Assembly (NCBI RefSeq): GCF_004010195.1
Contig: NC_057718.1
Location: 89,667,800 to 89,692,439 of the forward strand
Length of the DNA stretch: 24,640 nt
DNA from: Chiloscyllium plagiosum
Lineage: Eukaryota
Direction: 5' to 3'
Positions 1-9,609 of the stretch are shown here, in pieces (the stretch's first letter is position 1; the number at the start of each line of letters is the position of its first letter). The notes under the pieces were generated by a model, which was given only the letters and a program-made list of their open reading frames with translations, did not search any database and was not told the origin of the DNA. Both the position numbers and the translations under genes were made by a program.

Positions 1-429
1 AACAAGATCTCTGTCCAGGTAAAGGTAGTGGGAACGCCATCAAAGCTGCAGGATCAATCAGAGTTCTTCCAGTAGAAGGTGACAGCAAGTAAGTAAAGGG
101 TGAGGGATGGCAGGCGGGCACTTTAAGATCTATCATCAAAGATTCTGCAGCAGGGGCCATCACCCCGAGTGGCAGATCCTGTCGTCAGGGTAACGTGGGA
201 CTGTTTCTGCACTGGGGCCTACCTCGAGGAACAGGCCCCTGTCAGCACATTGAGCTGGATAGCAACTGAAAAATCTCACCCTGGCATCTGATCCCAGTCC
301 CAGAGAGAGCTGAAAATCTGAACTTCAGGCCCAAACACAACAGCAGCACAAAATGTCAGAAAAAACAAACGATAACGCAACGCATGTCATCTGCTTATCC
401 GCTGGAAGGAGGTGTGAAGTGACACTCAC

Positions 430-608
430 TTTCCCACAGTGTAATGCACCCATTTCAGGAGAGCCTTCTTGGCACTGCCCTTGAATTTGGTGACGACCTT
501 CCTCTTGGACGGGGGGCTCCCAGTCTCAGAGTTGGCAGTACTGTCCACGGAGGAGGTGCTGCCGGAAAGCGATGACAGCAGCGACAGATTACTGGTCAGC
601 TCCTCGAT
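430..608 (-). CDS. SYNE1: Nesprin-1 coding exon: CH1-CH2 linker and start of CH2 (179 nt, phase 0 to 2)
   Basis: Translates to IEELTSNLSLLSSLSGSTSSVDSTANSETGSPPSKRKVVTKFKGSAKKALLKWVHYTVG(K). This closely matches recalled human nesprin-1 IEELTSNLPQLQSLSSSASSVDSIVSSETPSPPSKRKVTTKIQGNAKKALLKWVQYTAGK. AG acceptor at 609-610; GTGAGT donor at 424-429. Confidence 0.95.
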
Positions 609-710
609 CTGTGGGTTGGAAGAGAAACCATATTGAAAATAACACTGGTCCCAGAACACACAGCTGCTCAGTCAAAAATGGGGTGGTGTAAAGAGACCCA
701 GAATTCCAAC

Positions 711-803
711 CTGGAAGTACAAGATGATGGTCCAGATCAAACCCAGCACAATCGATGGCCTCCCATCAACGATGTCAGTGGAATTGATGTTGACCAGTTT
801 AAT
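711..803 (-). CDS. SYNE1: Nesprin-1 coding exon: C-terminal part of CH1 (93 nt, phase 0/0)
   Basis: Translates to [31 protein letters not shown], the spectrin-family CH1 signature. Acceptor tttttcttacag; donor CAG|gttgga. Missed by the ORF track. Confidence 0.96.
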
Positions 804-967
804 CTGTAAGAAAAATGCAGCTTGTTTTCAACATCCCATTGTGTAATTCACAAATCCTCCACAGAGTGAACTTAATACATCATACCATAACTTCCGTCTT
901 TATCAAACTCATCTCCATGACTGCTATCTTTGCTCCTTCACACACCAATGAGCTCCGATGGAAGTAG

Positions 968-1350
968 TTGGAGGCTGAGAGCTGAGGTTTACAAAATCAC
1001 TAGGGACATGGATAGGGTGAACAGACAAGGCCTTTTCCCCAGGGTAGGGGAGGCCAAAACTAGAGGGAATAGGTTTAAAGTGGGAGGGGCAAGATTTAAA
1101 ACGAACCTATGTTTTTACTCAGATGGTGGTGTGTGTATGAAATGAGCTGCCAGAGGAAGTGGTGGAGGCTGGTACAATCACAGCAATTAAAAGGCATCTG
1201 GATGGGTACATGCACAAGAAGGGTTTAGAGGGATACGGGCCAAGTGCTGGCAAGTGCGACTAGATTACTTTAGGATATCTGGTTAGCATGGACAAGTTGG
1301 ACCAAAGGGTCTGTTTCTGAGCTGTACGTCTCTATGACCCCATGACTCTA
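968..1350 (+). mobile_element. HER1/CR1-clade LINE 3' fragment
   Basis: Encodes RLR..EVYKITRDMDRVNRQGLFPRVGEAKTRGNRFKV, typical of the CR1 ORF2 C-terminus. Followed by a 3' UTR and a ctctatga-type tail. Confidence 0.9.
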
Positions 1351-1601
1351 GGAAATGGTCTTGCCTCCTCTGGCCATTGTTAAAAAATAGAATGAAACAC
1401 TGTTCATTTACATAGCACCATTAGCAACATCAGGACATCCCAAATGACTTCGCTACCAATGAGGTAAACTGTCCCGCTGCCCACCCACAAGGTGAATGTG
1501 AGGGATCCCATGGAATCCTACAGGGGAGATCAGTCCGGTCACCTCGCAAATTACTTCATTAGAAGTCTTAATTTAATTGTTGTTTGTGGAAGTTTTACTG
1601 A

Positions 1602-2205
1602 TGTGACGATGCTGTGGTTTTAAGAGGGGCGTTTTGTCCTGGTTTATTTTACAGAGAGAGTGAGGAACAGGCGCTGAGCAGCTCTGAGAAGATAAACAGC
1701 TTACAACGTCTTGGGTGTTTTTCAGTCAGAACAATAGAAGCAGCCTGAATGGGTGTGGTCGAGTGCTCACAGAACCAGAATTTCTGGTTGCTCTCGCGGT
1801 CTTGAAGGGGTGGAAGCTATTTTTTCTCTCTCTCATTTACAGCCAAAACTGAGTGTTCTCTGCCTGCTATGGGAGTCGCATGTGAGACAATCTGTTTTCT
1901 GAATTTGCCTTTTGCCAAGGGTGTGCTTATGAGATGTTACTAGATTGGAACAGTTAATTAGTAATAGGTCCTGTATCTATTACGTTGTCAAGTTTTTCAA
2001 TAGCGTTGTTATTCCAATTCCTTCTTTCTTTTGTTGTATTTTAACTATAGTGAATAAATAAAAGTATGTTTTATCTTAAATCTGCAGTTTAACCAATTGA
2101 ACCGCAACTGGAACACAACACCTTATATTTACCTTTAAAATAAAAAAAGATTAGGGTCTAGACTATCTCCTGAATACTTTGAAGGGGTTGGTCTGGTCTC
2201 TAACA
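1602..2205 (+). mobile_element. Solo LTR (probably Gypsy-type), 604 bp
   Basis: Begins TGTGAC and ends TAACA (TG...CA). Near 4-bp TSD ctga (1598-1601) / ctgt (2206-2209); AATAAA at 2053. It splits a Deu-SINE-like tail motif (tgtttgtggaagttttactg|...|gcagaatatgg). Confidence 0.7.
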
Positions 2206-2245
2206 CTGTGCAGAATATGGATCTGTATATGCCACATCATATACA

Positions 2246-2582
2246 GCGACATGGTGGCTCAGTGGTTAGCACTGCTGCCTCACAGCACCAGGGTCCCAGG
2301 TTTGATTCCAGCCTCGGGTGACTGTCTGTGTAGAGTTTGCACATTCTCCCCGTGTCTGCGTGGGTTTGCTCCAGGTGCTCCGGTTTCTTCCCACAGTCCG
2401 ACGATGTGCAGGTTAGGTGAATTGGCCATGCCAAATTGCCCGTAGTGTTCAGGGATGTGCAGGCTAGGTGCATTACTCAGGGATAAATGTAGAGGAATAG
2501 GGAAGGGGTGGGTTACTCTTCAGAGGGTCGGTGTGGATTTGTTGGACCAAATGGCCCATTTCCACAGTGGAGGGATTCTATT
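2246..2582 (+). mobile_element. HE1-type tRNA-derived V-SINE
   Basis: A box GGTGGCTCAGTGGTTAGC, B-box-like GGTTTGATTCC, V-domain core GAGTTTGCACATTCTCCCCGTGTCTGCGTGGGTTT and a CR1-like tail ending gggattcta. Confidence 0.92.
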
Positions 2583-2596
2583 ATCTTCTAAAACAT

Positions 2597-2801
2597 AAAG
2601 TCACCTCAGCAGATCATACAGCTGCTCTCTCACAGCAGAGAGAAAGAGAGGACGGATGGTGGTTTCACCCGAGGGTCACTGCACCTTAGATGAGGGGAGA
2701 GGTTGAGAGGGAGAGTCCTTCATGGTAACCTCAGCTGGTGTGGGAATTGAACCCACGCTGTTGGCATCCCTTTACATTGCCAACTGAGCTAGCCGAGCCC
2801 C
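2597..2801 (-). mobile_element. tRNA-derived SINE (non-HE1 family)
   Basis: Minus strand starts gggggctcggctagctcagttgg (A box) ... gtgggttcaattccc (B box), followed by a non-tRNA body. Confidence 0.65.
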
Positions 2802-3524
2802 CTTTGCTACATTACAATGGTTCAAAAATACTACATTGGCTTTAGGACCAAGGTGGTGAAAAGATGTGATAAAAATGCAATTATACGAGCCTGACTCTTC
2901 CTTTCAAAGTTATCTCAAAGTAAAAAAAAAATTAAAACACATCTGAAAGCTCATCTTCCTAAATAAAAAGAAAATTGCCATCAGCAAACAAACGCAGAGC
3001 GCTATGTTCCGAGATTGTTTGAAGGCATCTGTCAAAGAGAGTACTAAATTAACCAAGGAGGTTTCAGTGAGGAGGAGGCCTGTTCTGCTAATGGTAACTG
3101 CTGACAAACCTTGTACACTAGAGGAAGAGATGCTGAAGGAAGCTAGGCCAGTAATAGCACTCAGCAGTGAAACAATTGTGCATTTCAACATCTCAAACAG
3201 CAATTAAAATAAACAACACTCAGTCAGCGCTGGAAATATTCGAAAAATAGCAGCAAGTTTGATCAAAGAGGTAAATTTTGAGGCGGAGAGGTTTCTAGAG
3301 GGCATTTCAGAGGGTGGGGTGTGGGTGGTGAAAAACTGATGTTAAATTTCAGGACATGTGTAAATTTCCACTTGAAAGACAATGACACATGCGAGATTCC
3401 ACTTAATGAACAGCAGGAAATGAGTATTTGTGTATTGATGATTTGCCACAGATGGAACACATGAAACAGCAAACAGACACAACCAGGCTGGAAAAACGAG
3501 TTTTGTGATGTTGAGATCACTGAC

Positions 3525-3545
3525 CGGTGATCCTCTGTAGACCGA
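3525..3545 (-). CDS. SYNE1: Nesprin-1 21-nt alternative microexon (SVYRGSP, phase 0/0)
   Basis: Minus strand reads ttctttttgtcacgctgccag|TCG GTC TAC AGA GGA TCA CCG|gtcagt. It fits in frame between ...LEGRR and IKLVN..., and resembles the SMHRGSP insert I recall at the same position in a human SYNE1 isoform. Confidence 0.85.
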
Positions 3546-3618
3546 CTGGCAGCGTGACAAAAAGAATTAAAGAGAATGTGTGTTTGGTTAGTCAAATGCT
3601 TTGCTCTGTCTGCATGCA
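3546..3618 (-). promoter_or_regulatory. Splicing signals upstream of the microexon: UGC motif, branch point/QKI-like ACUAAC, RBFOX-type UGCAUG
   Basis: On the minus strand: TGC immediately before the CAG acceptor, a pyrimidine tract, GACTAAC at 3587-3593 and TGCATG at 3613-3618. Motifs are seen directly; the factor assignments are inferred. Confidence 0.55.
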
Positions 3619-4243
3619 ACGCAACCGTTAGCTGTACCATCCCAACTGTTTACAAAGGTCTATGTCTTCGGTGTTAATTTCACAAGTGAATCTGTGAGCT
3701 CTCGTGAGCTCCTCTCAACTTGCAACAAGACCCTTTTACTTTGCAACATCTTTCGTGTACAGCTTCCTACCAGCAATGTCAGTTCATGAATACTTAACAG
3801 TTTCGTATGATATTCCTTCTTCCATGATTCAAGCTCAGACCCTTAACCTGTTTGCTTCAAATGCATTAACCTTCAGGAAGCCAACAGCAGCACAGAAAGG
3901 GGAAGTCAGTCAGCCTGTCAGCCTTGCTCTGTAATTCAATTAAATCCAGGTGGATCTGTACTCCAACTCCATTTGCCAATGCTCTACCTTACCTAACAAA
4001 TATCCATCGAGCTCACTCCAGAAAGCTCCATCTGACCATCAACTACAACAACCATCTGGTGGACAGCATTCCAGACTTCCACAATTTGGATCAATATGTG
4101 GTCATTCCTGAACAGTTTAGTTCTAATTTCAAGATGGTCATCCCTTGTCCTGAAGTCCCGCACCAGAGGATATACTTCCTCTGGGTCTGCTCTTTCGATT
4201 CGACTTTTAACATTTTAAACATCTCAATCTACCTTCTTGAAAG

Positions 4244-4695
4244 AAAAACAGAAATTGTTGGAAAAGCTCAGCAGATCTGGCAGCACCTGTGGAGGGAAAT
4301 CAGCATTAATGCTTCAGCTCTGGTGACTCTTCCTCAGAACTGGGTTGGGGCGAGATTTGGAAACTGGTGAAGTCGATGTTGATGGCGTGTGGTTGGAGGG
4401 TTCCAAGGTGTTCTCTCCCCAGTTGTCAGGTGGCTTGGATTTGTCAGTGGAGGAGGTCCAGGACTTGTGTAGTGGAGGAGGTCCAGGACGATCGTATTCC
4501 CAGCGTCCCTCCCCCAAATCCCCTCCCCCCTACCTTTTATCTCAGCCCACCTGGCACACCAGCCTCATTCCTGAAGAAGGGCTTATACCCGAAACGTCGA
4601 CTCTCCTGCTCCTCGGATGCTGCCTGGCCTGCTGTGTTTTTCCAGCATCACATTTTTCAACTCTGGTCTCCAGCATCTGCAGTCCTCACTTTCTA
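4244..4695. mobile_element. Composite Penelope-like fragments: minus pLTR end, inverted GIY-YIG piece, plus pLTR with hammerhead core
   Basis: 4340-4470 is the reverse complement of 5272-5402. 4490-4695 contains cctgaagaagggcttatacccgaaacgtcga and the tail ccagcatctgcagtcctcactttct, which is shared with other copies in the window. Confidence 0.8.
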
Positions 4696-4864
4696 CAAGC
4701 TATGTTTACATAACCGCTTCAGAATTTAACTGTTTAAGCCCATTATATCATTCAGGCTGGAATGATAAAACATTGTGATTTTAGTTATAAAATGGTGGGT
4801 ATCCAGGCCTACACTTCAACCATTATTTTGAATTTAATCTGTGTTGGACAAGTTTCCTGGCTCT

Positions 4865-5182
4865 CTCAGCAGGAGTTTTTTTTTTATTCATTCACATGAT
4901 GAGGGCAGCTCTAGCGAGGCCAGCATTTATTGCCCACCCCTAATTGTCCAGAGGGCAGTTAAAAGTCAACCACATTGCTGTAGGTCTAGTGTCACATGTA
5001 GGCCAGACCAGGTAAAGATGGCAGATTTCCTTCCCTGAGGGACATTACTGATCCAGGTGAGCTTTTTCAACAATTGACAATGGATTCGTGGTCATCCCTA
5101 GACTTTTAACTCCAGATATTTATTGAATTCAAATCCGACCATCTGCCTTGGCAAGATTCGAACATGGGTCCCCAAAACACTA
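4865..5182 (-). mobile_element. tRNA-derived SINE with LINE-type tail (second copy at ~6985-7270, +)
   Basis: On the minus strand: B box gttcgaatc, and a 3' tail gggcaataaatgctggcct...tgaatgaataaaaaaaaa. Shares motifs (tgtggttgactt, ccatctttacc-like) with 6985-7270. Confidence 0.7.
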
Positions 5183-5183
5183 A

Positions 5184-5710
5184 CTGGAGCGTTTCAGGGA
5201 ACACCTCGGGGACACATGCACCAAACAACCCCACCGTCCTGTGGCCGAACCATTTCAATTCCCCCAAGGACACACAAGTCCTGGACCTCCTCCACTGACA
5301 AATCCAAGCCACCTGACAACTGGGGAGGGAACACCTTGGAACCCTCCAACCACACGCCATCAACATCGACTTCACCAGTTTCCAAATCTCGCCCCAACCC
5401 AGCTCATCCCAGGTCCAACCCTCCAACTCGGCACCGCCCTCTTGAACTATCCTACCTGTCCATCTTCCTTCCCACCAATCCGCCTCACCCTCCTCTCTGA
5501 CCTATCGCTATTAACCCCCAACTGCATCCACCAATGGCCTTCACAAATAGCTTTTCCCTGAGCCCCAACACCATCCCCATTTACCTCTCAGTCCCCCTTC
5601 CCCCTCAATATTCCTGATGAAGGGTTTATGTCCAAAACATCGACTGTCCTGCTCCTCGGATGCGGCCTGATCGGCTGTGCTTTTCCAGCACCACACTTTT
5701 CGTCTCTGGA
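5184..5710 (+). mobile_element. Penelope-like element 3' part: decayed GIY-YIG endonuclease C-terminus plus pLTR
   Basis: Frameshifted translation ERFREHLGDTCTKQPHRPVAE/HFNSP..KDTQVLDLLH*..LGTLQPHAINIDFTSFQIS. Then a C-rich stretch and a degenerate hammerhead core ctgatgaagggtttatgtccaaaacatc (5614-5641). Confidence 0.8.
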
Positions 5711-5889
5711 TTAACAGTCCAGAGATAATACCATGAGGAGATAAATGCCATTTCACTTACCTGATGGATCCAATTTACTCTGAGCGAATCCCCTAGCCCC
5801 ACAGCAGCAATTTTATGTATTATTTTCACCATCCACATTGCTTTATTTGTCATCTCATGCTAAATGTCATCGTAATAAGTTATGACTTG

Positions 5890-6340
5890 CAGGAGCCGGT
5901 GTTGGACTGGGGTGGACAAAGTTAAAAATCACACAACACCAGGTTATAGGTCAGATTACTTTCCAGTGTGGAAACAGGCCCTTCGGCCCAACAAGTCCAC
6001 ACCGACCCCCTGAACAGCAACCCACCCAGACCCATTCCCCTATGTTTACCCCTTCACCTAACACTACAGGCAATTTAGCGTGGCCAATTCACCTAACCTG
6101 CACACTTTTGGATTGTGGAAGGAAACCTGAGCACCTGGAGGATACCCACACAGACACAGGGAGAATGTACAAACTCCACACAGGCAGTTGCCTGAGGCGG
6201 GAATTGAAGCCGGGTCTCTGGCGTTGTGAGGCAGTGGTGCTAACCACTGAGCCACCGTGCATCCATAGTCCAACAGGACTCTATTTAGAAGCTTTCAAAT
6301 AAACCTGATGGATTCTACCTGGTGTTGTGTGATTTTTAAC
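5890..6340. mobile_element. Palindromic Penelope-derived repeat interrupted by an HE1 SINE
   Basis: Arms gttaaaaatcacacaacaccagg ... cctggtgttgtgtgatttttaac match the intact copy at 19351-19555. The empty site ggttatagtccaacag is split, with atag duplicated. Confidence 0.75.
5950..6264 (-). mobile_element. HE1-type V-SINE
   Basis: Reverse complement of the HE1 head (ctaaccactgagccaccgtg), core and tail. Confidence 0.92.
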
Positions 6341-6984
6341 ATCGTAATAAGTAATTATTTCACCTTTATTTCTGAAAAGAGCTTTCGCATTCCTTTGTTA
6401 TTTCCTCCCAATCTTTCTCTGTTATCTTTTTTTGCACATTTTATTCTATGGAGTCAGCACCAAAAACGTTACCAAGGCAACTGCCTTCAAGGTGATACAA
6501 TGCGCAGCAGCATGAAGCAGTAAATCTACAGCAGTGCAAAGTCATTCGATTCCCCACCAGATACTCCTGGTGTGGGAAGCTGGGGGGGGAATAGAAAAAT
6601 GGGGCACCAGGGATTTCAACCCCATCCTGCCCCCAAGCAAGAATTCCAACAAGGTGAAGGAGAAAGGGTTGGAGTGGGACACACAGTGAGTTCCTTTTGG
6701 GGACTCGGTCGCAGAGACTGACATTAGGAAACCAGCATTTTCACTGAAGATGAGTGCAGGTCAGAAACAAAACTGAACCTTTGACCCAATTTGGCAACAT
6801 TGGCATAACCCTGTCAAACGGTTATTACAAGCAGAATGGTGCCAGAGATGGTAAACATCCAGTTGGAGGATGAACCTTCAGATAATGGGACTACATCCAC
6901 TGGAGGGGAGAACAGCAAGTGTTTTTTTAAATAGGTACATTTTTAAAATAACATTCAGTTTAATGGGGAAAGGTTATTTCCTCT

Positions 6985-7267
6985 GGGGTATTGATAATGT
7001 CACTGGACTAGTAGTCCAGAGATTCAGGCTAGTGCTGGTGGGATTTAAATTCAATTAATAAACCTTCAATACAAAGCTAGTCTCACTAATGGTGACCATG
7101 ACAACCATTAGCAATTGGTACATAAGTTCATTTAGTTCACTCATGTCCTTTAGGGAAAGTAATCTGCTGTATTTACCTTGTCCTCAAATGTGGTTGACTT
7201 GCTTTCCTCCTACCCTCCTACATAAGCCACCCAGTTTGAGGGCCAAAAAGGGATGGGTAGCAGATAA
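6985..7267 (+). mobile_element. Degenerate SINE, same family as 4865-5182
   Basis: Contains gtcactggactagtagtccagag...tttaaattcaat...ggtgaccatga...tgtcctttagggaaag...tgtggttgact...gggatggg. Confidence 0.6.
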
Positions 7268-7534
7268 ATCATAGCAGAATCCCTATAGTGTGGAAGCAGG
7301 CCCTTCAGCCCATACCAACCCTCTGAAGAGTAACCCGCCCCCATTCCCATTATTCTGCATTTCCCATGGCTAATCCACCTACCCTGCACAGATTTGGACT
7401 GTGGGAGGAAACTAGAGCACCCAGAGGAATCCCTCGCAGAATGTGCGAACTCCACACAGACAGTTGCCCAAGGGTGGAATCAAACCCAGGCTCCTGTGAG
7501 GCAGCAGTGCTAACCACTGAGCCACCGTGTCACC
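7268..7534 (-). mobile_element. HE1-type V-SINE (internally deleted)
   Basis: HE1 head, core and tail on the minus strand. Confidence 0.9.
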
Positions 7535-7639
7535 TGAAATGCTGGATCAGCAGTGCCACACACGGCACCTGTAAGACACAAGGATAAAGAAAGCACAGTC
7601 CTGTTCTCATTCAATGGCCTCAGCCGTGGTTCATGCTGT

Positions 7640-7835
7640 TAAAAAAAAACGAAAGAATTGTGGATGCTAAAAATCAGAAACAAAAACAGTAATTGCTGGA
7701 AAAGCATCTGTGAAGAGAAATCAGAGCTAATGTTCCAGGTCCAGTGATCCTTCTTCAGAACCCGAAACGTTAACCCTGATTTCTCTCCACAGATATTGCC
7801 AGACCTGCCGAATTTCTCCTGCAATTTCTGTTTTT
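7640..7835. mobile_element. Palindromic Penelope-like pLTR fragment
   Basis: Inverted arms aaaaacagtaattgctggaaaa / tttctcctgcaatttctgttttt and atctgtgaagagaaatcagag / ctgatttctctccacagat. Hammerhead half-motifs (ctgaagaagg on minus, cccgaaacgtt on plus) lie at the centre. Confidence 0.65.
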
Positions 7836-7947
7836 GATAGTGCTACAGCGCTGGCCTGATTTGTCACCCCCTCAGTTGTTGAGGCTTACTCCTGCACCAA
7901 CAATGAACCAGCAGCAAAAGTTCGGGGGGGGGGGGGTCGAAACTTTG

Positions 7948-8298
7948 AGTGGCATGATGGGTAAGTGGTTAGCATTGGTGCCTCATAGCGCCAGGGACCC
8001 AGGCTCAATTCCAGTGTCAGGTGACTGTCTGTGTGGAGTTTGCACATTCTCCCCAAGTCTGTGTGGGTTTACTCCGGGTGCTCCTGTTTTCTCCCACAGT
8101 CCAAAGATGGGCAGATTAAGTGGATTGGCCATGTTAAACCGCCCATAGCGTCCAGGGATGTGCAGGCTAGGTGGGTTAGCCAAGGAAAATGCAGGGCTAT
8201 AGAGGTAAGGTGGGTCTGGGTGGGATGCTCTTTGGAGGGTCAGTGTGGACTCAATGAGCCAAATGGTCTACTCTCAGACTTAGGGATTCTATGATTCT
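7948..8298 (+). mobile_element. HE1-type V-SINE
   Basis: Head gtggttagcattggtgcctcatagc, V core and tail gggattctatgattct. Confidence 0.9.
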
Positions 8299-8630
8299 GG
8301 TCCATGTTTCAAATCCGAGTAGATATTTAAACCCACACAGATGAGGTACATCCATCAGCGAGAAGTCCGTGTCCTGAAGGATCACTCCTTGTCTAAGAGA
8401 TTCAGGTAAACAGTCCCTGAATATTTGACACACCGATAAATATAGTTATTGCCACCAAAGTCATACCCAATCCCATAAGCTCTGGTTTGAGTCACACTTC
8501 CAGTTTCGATAAGCACTTGCTTAGCCCCAACCGGATGTATTTGTGATCACTGAAAAGCTGTCCCGAAGTGAAGGATTTCACACAGAAATGTGACACTGCA
8601 GAAGCAGGAAGAGCTGATATTCACACTTAC

Positions 8631-8714
8631 CCGTCTGCCCTCCAGAAATGTCAAAGCTGTTCCAATGTTGCTCACCCAGTGGATGCGTTTTGACTTACGC
8701 CCCTGTTCACAAGG
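8631..8714 (-). CDS. SYNE1: Nesprin-1 coding exon: middle of CH1 (84 nt, phase 0/0)
   Basis: Translates to PCEQGRKSKRIHWVSNIGTALTFLEGRR (recalled human PCEQGRRMKRIHAVANIGTALKFLEGRK). Acceptor tgttctggttttgcag; donor CGG|gtaagt. Confidence 0.95.
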
Positions 8715-8914
8715 CTGCAAAACCAGAACACAGATTATTCACAAGTACATTTCCCACCAAAACTATTACATTCAATACCCAACTGGCAAGGCATAATGTA
8801 ACGAGCTTGATAAATCACTTTGGAGCCTTTGACCTTTATCCTCAACTTTGCAAACTCCAGGGCGCTGAAGAAAATAGTGGCTTTCATCAAATATCCTTCA
8901 GCCTCTAATGTGCA

Positions 8915-9435
8915 GCTGACACTTCCAATGACAGTCAATGGCATTGCCATCATTGAAACCCCCACTATCAATGTCTTAGGTGCTGACCATTGACCAGACA
9001 ATAGGTGGGACAAACTATAAAATACTACATCAGAAGAGTACAGCAATCTGGATATGCTGTGTTGAGTAACTCATTGGCTGACTCCCCTTACTGTCGTTAA
9101 AGTGGCACCAGGAGTGTAACGGAGTAATCTTTATTTGCCTGGATGGGAACAGCGCCAACAACACTCAAGCAGCTCGATCCGGTCCAGGATAAAGCAACTT
9201 GGCTGAAAGCCCAAATATCCATTTCCTGATCTATTCCCTCCAGCATCAACACTCCTTTGCTGCAGCGTGTATACCATCTGTGAGGTATATTATAGCAATT
9301 TGACAAGGCTTGGCTTTAGCACTTCCAACCCTCAAACTGTAGAAAGACCAGGACAGTAGGTGCACAGAAACACCTCTGCCCTTAATTTCCCCTCCACATC
9401 CCACACACCTCACTTTGGAAATACACTGCCTTCAC
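8915..9435 (+). mobile_element. Old CR1/L2-group LINE 3' ORF2 remnant
   Basis: Degenerate translation PMTVNGIAIIETPTINVLG..DQ...RSV.E...AWMGTAPTTLKQLDPVQDKA, typical of the region after the RT domain. Confidence 0.7.
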
Positions 9436-9609
9436 GAGTGCATCTTTGGAGCAGTCGGACAGGCAGAGCTGTATGAGACTCGAACATCAGACCAAAGTGG
9501 GCACACTGTCACTGTGAATCCAAGGAGGAACTGGGTTCATGACTCAGCATTGGGCCTGTCATGCCCACTCTCTATGGCTGTTCTCAGAAGCAAAAAGATA
9601 CATTGACAG

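Noticed and set aside
1..330. Possible MITE-like remnants (also ~6545-6770 and ~22488-22600)
   Set aside because: GC-rich with gaaaat/aatttt-type end motifs, but I could not define matching TIRs or TSDs.
426..659. 77-aa ORF as a standalone gene
   Set aside because: Only 430-608 is coding (a SYNE1 exon); the N-terminal extension is intron.
2246..2320. tRNA genes at SINE heads (also 14205-14295)
   Set aside because: A/B boxes are present but run into SINE bodies; no complete cloverleaf.
2179..2473. Recurring ORFs such as VAQWLALLPHS...CLCGVCTFSPCL (also at 6064, 7834, 11972, 16920) as a gene family
   Set aside because: They are translations of HE1 SINE copies.
3924..4370. 148-aa plus-strand ORF
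   Set aside because: Non-ATG start, no recognisable domain, antisense to SYNE1, and it ends in a Penelope fragment.
7924..7936. G13 run as a functional G-quadruplex
   Set aside because: An isolated homopolymer with no supporting context; its length is also error-prone in assemblies.
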